A DNA stretch of 64,000 bases from Lama guanicoe (GCA_013239625.1 MU053561.1:5444439-5508438), one strand, 5' to 3'; positions 52,790 through 64,000 are shown, counted from the stretch's first letter. Translations and numbers: made by a program. The notes: a model not told the origin generated them from the sequence alone.

Positions 52790-53680
52790 TCTACATCTTC
52801 AAATCCAACCTCAAGACTTGCCCAATTCGGCAAATAGCATCACTATTACTTAATTACTGAGACCAAACAATTAGGATTGTTTTTGACTCCATTCCAACCT
52901 ATCAAGTTCTACTGCCTTTATGAGACTGACGCTCTACCTACCGCGCTAACGAGGCACCTAAGTTCTACTGCCTTTAATCAAAAAAACAAACTGTGAATTT
53001 CCACTACCACCACCTTGAACTAAGCCATCACCATCTTCCCACTAGACTACACAAACGGCATCTTACCTAGTCTTCCTGCTTCCATTTTTGTTTTTCTCTC
53101 GTCTGTCTTCAAAACAGATTATAAACACTTCACTTTGAAAAACCCTCAAAAGGTTTCTACCATTTTAAAAAATCCAGACTCCTTCCTGTGGCCTACTATC
53201 CTCTATGTGATCTGTCCCCTGACTACTTCTACAACCTTCTCTCTTATTCCTCTTCCCTCGTTGGCTCACTGTTCTTCAGCCACAGTGGTCTCCTTTCTGT
53301 CCTTGAACATCACATCCCATTACCTTGTTCTTCAGGGGAGTGCTCTTAGGGCAGGACTTCTCATGGTTTCCTCCTCTTCATCCTTCAGGTCTCAATCCAG
53401 ATATCACCTCTTCAGTCAAAACTTCTCTGACTCTAGCTCAACAGCTCTCACAATACCCCATGCCTTCACAATTGACCAATACCTACTTATCTTCTCCATA
53501 TTTATTGATTTTTGTCTTACTGATAATTAAAATTAATTATGTATATGTCTATTATCTGTCTACCCCCTCTACAATCTTCTTAAGAGTAGAAACCACTATC
53601 TAGTTCACCACTGCATTTCTACCACCAAGAACAGAGCCTAGGCACTTTGTAGGTACTCAGTAAAGGCTGGCCATTTAATC
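52790..53680 (+). mobile_element. L2 3' region to terminus (host of the tRNA-half insertion)
   Basis: ccactaccaccaccttgaactaagccatcaccatc, atccttcaggtctcaat, gttcaccactgcatttctaccaccaagaacagagcctaggcactttgtaggtactcagtaaa. Confidence 0.85.
52918..52955 (-). pseudogene. Tailless retropseudogene of the 5' half of elongator tRNA-Met(CAT)
   Basis: Minus strand reads GCCTCGTTAGCGCGGTAGGTAGAGCGTCAGTCTCATAA, matching 36/38 nt of the recalled mammalian tRNA-Met 5' half and ending in the anticodon loop. Flanked by the perfect direct repeat aagttctactgccttta (52904-52920, 52960-52976). Confidence 0.93.
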
Positions 53681-55464
53681 AACAGAAGGGAATCCATGGT
53701 AGTTACCTTTAACTCCTTGCTGAAGACAAGGTGAGAGGGGTACAGGTCGGCACTTGACCTCCTCTCTCCCACTTACTCAGTATTCCTTACTGGATAAGGA
53801 ATAGAAATGTCTGTATATCAACCCATCATTTTCAAATGGTCTCAAATGCAAATGGACTATCAATATTAATACATTTAATTTGTATGGGTCAAATAGGAAA
53901 CTGCACATGTGTTAAAAAGGAGAATGACATCTCTGTCCTCCTTCAAATTCCTTTCCCTAAAGAAAAGCCTGTTTGCAAATATCAAGGAAATGAAAAACTG
54001 CCAGATTTTAATTGCTCTCAACATTCATGTTGGTTTAGTTCCACTGAAAAGAAATATGGCCCAGAATAATGTAGGGTCTGGTCAGGCTCTTTCTCCTCCC
54101 CTAACTCATGACTGCACACTACAAAGCCAACTTCCAGCAAAGACAGCCCAGTAAGTACAAGAGGGCCTGGAAAGCTTTTGAAAAATCAGCTCAAAAACAT
54201 CTGTACTATCAGAAAAACAACCTACAGCATGTGCTCTACTGACTGTGAATAAGTGATACTGGGTCATTATTATGGTTTTAATTTTCAACATAATAGCTGT
54301 TTAAAATATCAAGGTATTTCAATAAAACTACAGTAGTGTACTGAAAATATTCAAATATTCTTTTGAACCCTTGATGGGAAAGCAACATAAAACATAATCC
54401 TGTGAAGCCTATCCATTAAAAAGTGATGCATTAATTAAAACCCATCATTAACACTAGCATTTTATGCTTCCCCAGATTAGTGAGACAAGAACTGATGTAA
54501 GTATAAGCGAATGAAACTAGTTACATTCTTAAAAGCAAGCATGGCTAAAATACAACAGCTGTAACCCAATTCTCATTACCACCTTGACATTTAAAACCAC
54601 CAAAAGAACTGCCATTTTAGATAACAGAAAAATTTTAGCATATTTTTTGTTTGAATCTTCACTTTTCAGTAAAAGGACACTTTCTTTTAAGCACTGCCTT
54701 CTTTTTAAGATAGCGCCCGAAGGAGTAAGAGCTGCATCTTCTGCATCTTTTTTTTTCAAATCCACCTATATACAGGACAAAGCCATCGCTATTTATAAAA
54801 TGTAGCATATCAAATTCTACTTTCTCTCCTGACTTAACATTCATTATTTGAAACCAATTTCTAGGGCATAACACCTATTAAATTCCTCAATTGGTAAACA
54901 AAGGAAAAATTATGTCCAAATTCTTACTCTGATTACATTCTGGCCATGCTTAGTCATTTGAAACTGTTTTTTCCCCTCTCCAACCAGCTGCTGAGACGAA
55001 CTCTGGTCCCATGAATTACCATCCTTTTTCTAGTGTTAACCTCTTCCTTGCCAAACTCTGGGTTCCAGAGTTTTGTGGATTTTCTAAAAGGAATAAAAAG
55101 GAATAAGGACTGAATGAAATAAAGGCACTAATATCTCTATCTATAAAGAGAAACCAAAGGAGAGTTTCTCAGCATCCCCAGACCACAAGGGTTCAGGTTA
55201 AAAGGGTCGCAGACTTCGAAAAGAAAAAGGAAGTCTAGGCATCATTTGGTCTACCTACTTCCTTTTACAAACTAGGAAACAGAAAGTACTACATGTCAAA
55301 TTAATTCCCTAATTTAGCAATTCCCTTAAAGTCCATATTTTAGATGAAGAATATCTACTGGACAATGTAAAGAACAGAAATATTACAATCATTGTTCCAG
55401 AAGCTTCATGTATTCAGTGAAATTGATTTTGAGCTTGATTTGCATGTAGTACAAAGTGAAAGCA

Positions 55465-56270
55465 CTTCATTCATTCCACAAATATATACTGAGCACCTAC
55501 TATGTGAAAATAGCTGGAGTGGGAAGATGTACAAAATTCCCTGTGCTCATCAAACTTCCATACCAGAGAGGGGGAGGGAAAGACAATAAGCAAAAGAAAT
55601 AGGCAATAAGTAAAACACAGTATGTTAGCTGGTAGTAAATGCTGTGGAGAAAATAAAACAGGAAAGGGAGATATGGAGTAGGGTCCAAGTCGGCAGGGAC
55701 TTACCCAGTAGTCACGGAAGACTCCCTGGGAAGGTAACATGTAAGTAAATATATGAAGGAGGTAAGGAAATAAGCCATGTAGACATCTGGAGGAAAAATA
55801 TTACAGAGAAGGCAACAGCAAGGACAAAGGTCCCGAAGCAAGGGCATGTCAGGAATGCTCAAAGGAAGGCAAGGGAGGTAATGCAGTTGGAATGCAGGAG
55901 GCAGAGAACAGTAGGAGATGAGGTCAGAGAGGTATTAGGAAGCCAGATCTTGTAAGTTCTTCTAGGCCATCAAAAGGATTCTAGTAAGATGGACTTACTC
56001 TAAGTAAGATGTACATCATCCGAGGTATTAAACAGGAGAGCAATGTGGTCTGACTTATGATTTAATAGGATGACTCTAGCACCTGCTAAACTGAAGCCAG
56101 GTGTAGCATCTGAGGACTAGTTAAAACTCTAGAACAGTTCCCCAAACAGAAGATCATGGTGCGCTAGACTAGTAGGGTGACACTAGAAATGAGAAGTCAC
56201 TGAACTCTGGATACTTTCTGAAAGTGCAGCCAACAGGATGTGCTGACAAGCTGAATGTAGTAGATGAGAG
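55465..56270 (-). mobile_element. L2a-like 3' region
   Basis: ttcattcattccacaaatatatactgagcacctactatgtg...agccatgtagacatctggagg...gtaggagatgaggtcagagagg...aggatgactctagc. Confidence 0.9.
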
Positions 56271-56702
56271 GAACACACAAACACACATATATTACAATAC
56301 AAACACAGATACATAATACACTGCATCTTTTCAGAATTTTGCCAGACGTATATACCTATGAAACTACTGCCACAATCAAGACACAGATCATTTCCTTCAC
56401 CCCTAAAAGATTTCTCACACTCCTTCTCAGCACCCCGGGCAAACACTGATCTGCTCTCTCTGACAGTATACATTAGTTTGTAGTACTTAGAATTTTGTAT
56501 AAATGGAATCTTATAGTATGAAGTCCAGTGTCTGCCATCTTTCATTCAACATAATGAGTCTGAGATTTATTTACACTGTTGCATGTATCAGTGAATCATT
56601 CTCTTTTATTACTGAGTAGTGGCATATCCCCTACACAGATACACCACTTTTTGTAAACCATTTACCTTTTGATGGACTTCTAGGTTGTTTTCAGTTTGGG
56701 GT

Positions 56703-58135
56703 TGTAATATTGCCGTCTAAGAAATGTATATTTTGAAGACATGGAAGCAACCTAAGTGTCCATCAAACGATGAATGAATAAAGGAAATGTGGTGTGTGTA
56801 TATATATACACAATGGAATATTGTTCAGCCATAAAAAGGAAGGAAACCTTGCCATTTGTGACAATAGGAACAGACCTTGAGGGTATTATGCTGAGTAAAA
56901 TAAGTCAGAGAAAGGCAAATACTGTATGATCTCACCTATACATGGGATCTAAAAACAAAACAAAACAAAGTATCAAGATCATAGATACAGAGAACAGAGT
57001 GGTAATTGCCAGAGGTAGTGAGTAGTGGTGAGCAAAATGGGTAAAGAGTGTCAAAAGATGCAAATTTCCAGTTATAAAATACTGTATTGTATATTTGGAA
57101 CTTGCTGAAAGAATAAATCTTAAAAGTTCTCATCATAAGAAAAAAAATTCTGTAACTATGTGTGGTGATGGATTTTAACTAGACTTACTGTGGTGATCAT
57201 TTTATAATATATAAATATCAAATCACTGTGTTGTACAGTTGAAACTAACACAATGTTCTATGTCAATTATATCTCAATTTAAAAAGCATATGGACATTTG
57301 TGTGTTGGTATATATTCAGCCTTGGTCTTCCTCCTGATTCCTGGCACAGAGCTCCTAAAACCCTCGGAATTCCCTGAGTGACAAGGGTGAGAGGATCACC
57401 TTTTGTTAGTCATAATAAACTCCTTTCAATCATACCAGAGTTTATGTTAATGAGATGACTGTCAATGGGCCCCTTAATACTTATAGGATGGGGGCAGGTT
57501 GTCAGAGGAACCAACCATGTGACTAGCGGGTTGGAACTTTCAGCCCCGCTCCTTACCTCTAGAGGTAGAGAATGAGCACAATCAGTCATGCAGTCATGCT
57601 TACATCATGGAACCTTTACAAAACCCCTCAACGATAGGGTTTAGAGAGCTTCTGGGTTGGTGAAGACATCCTTGTGCAAGGAGTATGGTGTACCCAAACT
57701 CTCCAAGGTCAGAAACTCCTGCACTTGGGACCCTTCCAGATCTTGCCATGTGTCTGACTTCATCTGACTGTTCATATGGATTCTTTATAACAGCCTTTAT
57801 AACAAACCAGTAATAGTAAGTGAAGTGTTTCTCTGAGCTCTGTAAGCCATTATGTAGCAAATTATCTAACCTGAGGAGGGTTTTAAGAACCCCTGATTTG
57901 TAGCCAAGTCAGACAGAAGTGTGGGTAACCTGGGGATCCAGTACATGTGGCATCTAAAGTAGGGGGTGGTCTTGTGAGACTGAACCCTTAACCTGCGCTA
58001 ACTTCAGGTAGCGTCAGAACTGAATTAATTCGTACGATACTCGTCTGGTGTCTGCAAAGAATTAGAGAACTGCTTGATGTGGAAAACTCACATTTGGTAT
58101 CAGAAGTGGTGTGAGTGAAAAACAGATCTCAGTAG
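56703..58135 (+). mobile_element. MER21C-like LTR, split near its 5' end by an L1 insertion
   Basis: TGtaatattg...aagaaatgtatattttg, then after the L1: ttggtcttcctcctgattcctggcacagagctcctaaaaccctcggaattccctgagtg...gagtttatgttaatgag...catttggtatcagaagt. Confidence 0.85.
56736..57285 (+). mobile_element. L1MA9/10-like 3' end inserted in the LTR
   Basis: aagacatggaagcaacctaagtgtccatc...atcttaaaagttctcatcataag...tatgtcaattatatctcaatttaaaaa. Confidence 0.92.
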
Positions 58136-58282
58136 TAGGGGGCTAATGTGGATAAAGCCAGTATGAACATTTGTGGATCAGTCTCTGAGTGAACATATGT
58201 TTTCATTTCTCTTGGGTAAATAACCAGGAATGGAATGGATAGGTTGTATTGTTAGGTGTATGCCTGACTTTTTAAAAGAAAC

Positions 58283-58780
58283 AGCCAAGCTTTGGAAGCA
58301 ACCCAAGAGCTCATCAACAGATGAATGGATAAAGAAGATCTGGTGGAATATTACTCAATCATAAAAAGAATGAAACTCCACCAACTGCAGCAATATGGAT
58401 GGACCTACAGAATATAATATGTAGTGAAATAAGTCAGACAGAGAAAGACAAATACTGTCTTACATGTGGAATCTAAAAACTAATACAAATGAATGTATAA
58501 TGCAAAACAGAAACAGACTCACATGTGTAGAAAATAAACTAGCGGGTTACCAAAGGGGAAAGAGAAGAGAGGAAGGGCAAATTAGGGGTATGGGATTAAG
58601 AGATTCAAAATACTATATATAAAATAGATAAGCAACAAGGATACACTGTATAGCACAGGGAATTATAGCTGTTATCCTAACAACTTTTAATGGACTGTAA
58701 TCTATAAAAGTACTGAATCACTATGCTGTACACCAGAAACTAATATAATATTGTAAATCAACTATACTTCAATTACAAAT
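58283..58780 (+). mobile_element. Younger laurasiatherian/camelid-type L1 3' end inserted in L1MB
   Basis: tggaagcaacccaagagctcatcaacagatgaatgg...tatagcacagggaattata...ttgtaaatcaactatacttcaatt. TSD aaaagaaac at 58274-58282 and 58856-58864. Confidence 0.92.
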
Positions 58781-59199
58781 AATCAACATCCCTGGTTTCT
58801 AAGAAAAGAGGGGAGGAGACGAGAGAGTTTGAAAGGAGGGGAGGGGAGGGGAGAGAAAAGAAACTGTTGAGCAGTATTCCAAAGCAGCTGTAACATTTTA
58901 TATTTCCACTACAATTTATGAAGAGTTTCTACATTCTTGCAACACTTGGTATCATCAGGCTTTTTAACTCAGCCATTCTAATGAGTATATGGAGGTAATA
59001 TCTAATTGCAGTTTTAATTTGCATTTGCCTGATGATTAATGATATTAGCTTTTCATATGCTTATTGGCCTTTCATATATCTTTTGTCTTATGACACTAAG
59101 TGCCTGATTTTCAAGCTTCTTTTTAAAAACATGTATTAATTTCTTACATACAATGAAATCTGTTTCTCGGCTTATTCAGTTGTGTTTGTCTATTCTTTA

Positions 59200-60600
59200 C
59201 TAATATACTGTTTCAATTATTGTTTTACAAAATGTGTACTTGGTTATGCTATTTCCTCCTAATTACCATTCACTGAAAATTTTGTCTTTATCACTTGTTT
59301 ATTTTTTCAAATAAACTTACATTTTCTGGTTAAACTTCAAAAGAAATATTTTGAGATTTAACCACAGTGACTATTAGCCAATTTTGAAAGCACTCACATC
59401 TTTATTGTTATCCCATTCACGATCATGATGTGACTTTCCATTTAAATTTTCTTTTGTCTCTTTCAGTAGAGTTTTACAATTTTCTTCATTTATTTGCTTT
59501 ATTTTCTTTCATTAAAGTGTTCCTTGATGTTACAGTAAATGGAGCACTTTTCTACTACATAATCTAATTTGTTGTTATAGAAAAGTCACTAACCTTATCT
59601 TTTATCCTACATACATTCATATTCATATCTATTAATTCTAATAGTTTTCCACTTTCTCTTTGGTTTCTAGAAATACAAGCATAACTCAGAGATACTGCAG
59701 TTTGGTTCCAGACCACTGCATTAAAGTGAATATCTCAATAAAGTGACTCACCCCAATTTTTAAATTTCCCAGTGCATATAAAAGTATGTTTACACTATAC
59801 TGTAGTCTATTAAGTTCAATAGCATTATGTCTAAAAAAAATAATGTACATACTTAATTTAAAAACAGTTTATTGCTAAATATGCTAGTCATCATCTGAAA
59901 ATGCAGGGTTGCCACAAACTTTTAATTTGTAAACACTGTAATATCTGTGAAGCACAATAAAGCAAACACAATAAAATGAGGTAAGCCTGTAATGGAAGCT
60001 GTATCTTTTTTTCTATAAGTCCTGCTTTTCATTTCTGTTACGTTTTTTATTACACTGTCCAGAACTTAGCAACAACAACCAAAAAAAAAAGTGGTATTAC
60101 TGAACCTTTGTTTTATTCTGTTTTCACAGAAATGTATCTAGCATTTCATTATATCAATATGCATGATATTGGCTATTAATTTGTATAGAAATTCTTCCCC
60201 CAACTAAAGTAGTCTTCATCCTATTAAAGACTCAAAAAAGAAGGAATGTTGAGTTTATAAAACTCTTTTCTGACATTAAGATAACCATGTAGTTTTTCAT
60301 ATTTGACCTAATACCCACTCAGCAATTTTTTTATTCAATGGATAAATTCTATCTAATTATGACACATTGTTCTTTAACATTCTGTTGAATTTGATTTGCT
60401 AAAATTATAAATTGGCTTTTCCCGCGACTGAACTAGGACTATAATACTGCCTTTTGACACTTTGTCAAATTTCATATTGGGACAAAATGAGCTAGACAGC
60501 TTTCCATTATGTATACATGTGTACTATGAAAGAGTTTAATATAGAAAATTGTTTCCTAGAAAGCTTGGACGAATGTGTCCATAAAACCATTTAGATTTTG
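59200..60600 (-). mobile_element. Very old L1 (L1ME-type) ORF2 relic, interrupted by a Tigger1 derivative
   Basis: T-rich; tacactgtccagaactt, atgtatctagcatttcattat, ggaatgttgagtttataaaactcttttctg, ttctgttgaatttgatttgcta. Confidence 0.6.
59676..59989 (-). mobile_element. Tigger1-derived non-autonomous element (314 bp, both ends present, TA TSDs)
   Basis: ta|caagcataactcagagatactgc...ggttccagaccactgca...tcatcatctga joined to gcagggttgccacaaac...aataaaatgaggtaagcctg|ta. TIRs resemble CAGGCATACCTC. Confidence 0.92.
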
Positions 60601-60679
60601 GGTTTGTTTTGTTTTGAGAGAATGAGTCTATAATTCTCATATATAAAGAAGAAATGAAAAAAAGCTGTTTGGCTATGGA

Positions 60680-61200
60680 GATACTTAGTCACTCAGCATC
60701 TACTGAGTAAGTACCCATCTACACACCACTGGAGTTCCAATGGTGCGCCAAAGAGCCATCAATGCTACCCTCAAAAAGAGTACAATCTAGTTGGGGGAAA
60801 AGAGACACAAATAATCAGAAATCATTGTTAACAATGTTAAGTGTGAAGAAAAGATACAGGGAACTATGAGAACATATGGCTTGGGGACCTAAATCGAGTC
60901 TGCAAAGATTAAGGGACAGTTTCCCCATAGATGTGAAATTCTGAGTTGAAACCTAAAGACAAATAGAAATCAACTGTTCAAAACAAAGGTAACAGCATTC
61001 CAGGTAAAACAAACAGGATGTGGAAAGGTCCTGTGTGAAACAGGACAGCGTCTGGTAGATGAGCACGAAGATCAGTATGGCTGGAGTCCATGAGCCAAAG
61101 GAGTAAAGGCACAGAAGGCAACATGAATGTCTGTATCTTGAGAACAACTGGGAGCTATTTAAGGGGATTTCAAACAGGGGTGTCACATAACCAGATCTTT
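60680..61200 (-). mobile_element. L2 3' region
   Basis: catctactgagtaagtacc...acaatctagttggggga...gcattccaggtaaaac...gtatggctggag...gatttcaaacaggggtgtcacataaccagat. Confidence 0.8.
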
Positions 61201-61423
61201 TTACTTCTCTAGTTGATTTTTACAACTTATATTTCCTAGGAAATGTTAGGTTTCATCAGGATTTGCAAATGCATTATCACATTATTATGCATATAAGTCT
61301 TACAGTTTTTAAGATCTCCTTCCAACTTAATGGTATCCCTTTTTTGTTTTTAAAACCATTTCTCTCTCTCTCCCTTTTTTTCCTCAATTACAGATTTTAT
61401 TGGGATTTTTCAAAAAGTCGACT

Positions 61424-61750
61424 CTGGCTAGGGGTTGGAGGTTGAGGGAATATTGGTCAGGGAGTACCAAGTTTCACTTATGCAGGAGGAATAAGTTCTG
61501 GAAATCTAATGTATAGCATAGTGACTACAGTTAATAACATTATATTGTGTACTTGAAATGTGCTAGAAGAGTAAATCTCAAATGTTTTCACCACATACAC
61601 AGAATTACAGCCATGCGAAGTGACAGATATGTTCATTAGCTTGATTGTTGTAATCACTTCACAATGTATTCATTCATATATTGAAACATCACATGGTACA
61701 TCATTAATATGTACATTTCATCAATTATACCTCAGTAAAGCTGGAAAAAA
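61424..61750 (+). mobile_element. L1MA9/10-like 3' end
   Basis: aataagttctggaaatctaatgtatagcatagtgactacagttaataa...tcaattatacctcagtaaagctggaaaaaa. Confidence 0.88.
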
Positions 61751-62074
61751 TGTTTAACAGTCATTCTCATGTTTATCCCATTATATTTCTATTGTCTAAC
61801 TTATCAATTTCTCTGTCATTTTTATTATATCCTTTTTTCAGCTTTTTTTTCTTTACTTTGAGGCAGTATTTCTCTTTCAATGAATAAGAAGCAGAGCTAC
61901 AAACTACGGTTAAGTATTCTAGACAGCATATTAATTCTTCACTGATGCCTTTTCTGGTTCTCCTACTTCTTGTTTATTTCTGCACCTAACCATCAATATT
62001 GCATGTCTGAGGGGCATCTCCCAGGGCACATTTTCAACAACCTCATTATTCTCCTTCAGTGATAAGGATAATGG

Positions 62075-62310
62075 TAGCTATAGTTTATTGAGCACTTGCT
62101 ATATACCAGGCACTTCTAAGAACTTCCCATGAATTAATTTATTTAATCCTTATAGAAATCCTGTGTGACAGATACTAATCCCTATTTTATAACGATGTAA
62201 CTGAGACAAGGAAGGTTAGGTAACTTGCCCACTGTCACACAGCTACTTAATGAAATAAAAATGTGTGGGCTAGACATTATTCGTTAGTCTGACTTCAGAG
62301 CCTAAACCAT
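62075..62310 (-). mobile_element. MIR SINE
   Basis: tttattgagcacttgctatataccaggcac...tttaatccttat...aactgagacaaggaaggttaggtaacttgcccactgtcacacagct. Confidence 0.9.
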
Positions 62311-63139
62311 GTAGCCTCTGCATACAAGGTAGCTATCCTTCCTTCTCTTCAGGAACTGAACAGGTTGAAGACCAGGCTGAAAATACCACCCACAACGAAG
62401 AAGACTCTGATACCTAATCTAAAATAAGCAAAATATTCCTCCCAAATAATAAGTATCAACCAAATGGGTTTTAAGTGTTGTTATTAATTCATAGTTTTAT
62501 TTGTATCTTGTCTGCATAAATGGTTTGCATAATTTATGTTCTTACTAATTTACTGACATGGTGCTATCCTAATATAAGAACGGTTTCGGTAATTCTTCTA
62601 GAGATATTTGAAAAGATAGTATACTCTGTTTCTTGAGTTCATTTAATATAGAGAATAGATCAAATTATTATATTATTTTCTATGCTTCATTTCCTTCTTA
62701 CTATGTCAAAGACAGAGTAAGCTAATACCTCCCACAAGGGGACGCTGTAGAGAGCATAGGTTAAGTTCATGAGCTCTCAACTCAGACTGCATGTTGCTCT
62801 CTCATGTATATTTAGCTCCTTAACAACTCTCCTCCTCAAAGACTGTTGGTAAAGGTCTTAACCGTAAAGGCCTATCATAGCTAACTGTCCTGACAGAAGA
62901 ATACAGGCAGCAGCTAAATTAAACACAGAAGACATTCCCCAGGTGGGTTGGTCTCTGCTGTATTTATAGGCTAGCTCTACATTTCCTCTTTAAAACACAC
63001 AGTTGTCCAGAGCAAGCTAAATGCTCAAGGCAAATAGACTATTCAATTAGCAGTATATTGTCACATTCTGTTTTCCCAAGTTAAAATATTATGCTTGTGT
63101 TCATTCTCATTCATTCTATGAGTTTGTGATTATATAATT

Positions 63140-63560
63140 TAATATTGAATTAAATATTGTGAAAAAAGGGTGTTTCCATGAAAGCTAAGATAAATGTTTC
63201 AGGGAAAGTATTGAAATCTCTGGAGAGGTAAATCTCTAAAAATTAGAAAAGAGAAATTACTATAAAAAATGAAAAATGAAGTAGGATTCTGTACAAGTTT
63301 GATTTGCAGATGTCTGAGTTCTTGTTCTACTTTATGGAACTTGGAATTGGAAACCGTAGATAAGCATTATAGGTTATTTATGGAAGAAAGATGACAGCAG
63401 TCTCCAGTCAGTGGACTCACACTCACTGAAAACAAAACCTGCACTTCATTTCAGAAGATTTTAAAGTATAATATATGCTTTAAATTAAAAACAAAATGTT
63501 TACAGAATGTATATGGCAATTTGTAATTCTCTACCTTAATTAGCATTTTCAACTCATCCT
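63140..63560 (+). mobile_element. Ancient TcMar-Tigger relic (Tigger15-like, CENP-B-type HTH region)
   Basis: ttggaaaccgtagataagcattataggttatttatggaagaaaga...ctccagtcagtggactcacactc resembles the transposase segment LEIVDDAL..WFMQER...PISGPIL. Confidence 0.6.
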
Positions 63561-64000
63561 ACATGTATAGGAGAGCACCGGGTAATATTTCAGCAAGGCT
63601 GGCTGGGTTGCCTTCCCATAAGGAATCTATAACTTATACCTGTATTTATGCTTACTCACATGTAATTTATAGCATATACCTGCCTACTGATGAGGCCCTG
63701 ACCATGCGTGCAAGACAGAATGTATCAATTTGCCAACCATCTACTGATTCCACTTTTACTTGCTTGAAAATGAATAATCAAAGTAAGAATTCCTGCCATA
63801 CATTTTCTTTGGGGGTAGTGAGGAAGATAATCTCTTCACGTCTTTGGGTAAAATTTCTTCACGGAATCTTTCCAACCTTGGGTTTTCTTTTGTCCTATTT
63901 TCCTTGTTTCTCCCTCATCTTACTTTAACCTCCTTAATTTCTGGCCTGTACCATTTGCTCAATAGGTGGTTCACCCTAGAGTTTGTTTAATCCTCCTCAA

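Larger units (their letters stand above)
56320..59090 (-). mobile_element. L1MB-like 3' region in three pieces (~56320-56702, ~58138-58282, ~58856-59090), interrupted by younger insertions
   Basis: Consensus continuity across both breaks: ttttcagtttggggt | ggggctaatgtggataaagc...atgaacatt, and tttaaaagaaac | aaaagaaactgttgagcagtattccaaagc. Confidence 0.85.

Noticed and set aside
52904..52976. Repeat-spacer-repeat as a CRISPR-like unit
   Set aside because: Only two 17-bp repeats, mammalian context, and the 'spacer' is a tRNA half. It is a TSD-flanked retro-insertion.
53135..53603. 131-aa and 92-aa ORFs
   Set aside because: They lie wholly within a degraded L2 3' region and are pyrimidine-rich chance ORFs.
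63563..63928. 121-aa ATG-initiated plus-strand ORF at the window end
   Set aside because: No recognisable homology, promoter or splice context; it is antisense within the MAGI3 intron.

Overview
This is AT-rich mammalian genomic DNA, almost certainly from a camelid (camel, alpaca or llama). It carries short tRNA-Ala-derived SINEs of the camelid type and laurasiatherian L1 3' ends, and I saw no Alu, Bov-tA/BovB or PRE1 elements. The only coding sequence I can support is one 117-bp internal exon on the minus strand (2148-2032). It encodes (G)[38 protein letters not shown](C), which I recognise as MAGI3 exon 2 at the start of the guanylate-kinase-like domain. Positions 2149-64000 are therefore the 3' ~62 kb of the very large MAGI3 intron 1, and 1-2031 is the start of intron 2. 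The intron is a mosaic of L1, L2, L3/CR1, MIR, camelid SINEs, ERVL/MaLR LTRs and hAT/Tigger DNA-transposon relics. Apart from L1/L2 remnants, the ORF track looks like noise. I see no prokaryote-style novel system (no CRISPR, operon or defence locus). The most unusual item is a clean, apparently young, tailless retrocopy of the 5' half of elongator tRNA-Met between perfect 17-bp target-site duplications (52904-52976). Other points of interest are a SINE/L1-3'-end fusion, a nested transposon stack, a candidate antisense exon/enhancer, a SOX-motif cluster and an unnamed inverted-repeat element. Repeat family names come from recalled consensus sequences, not a database search, and old-repeat boundaries are approximate.
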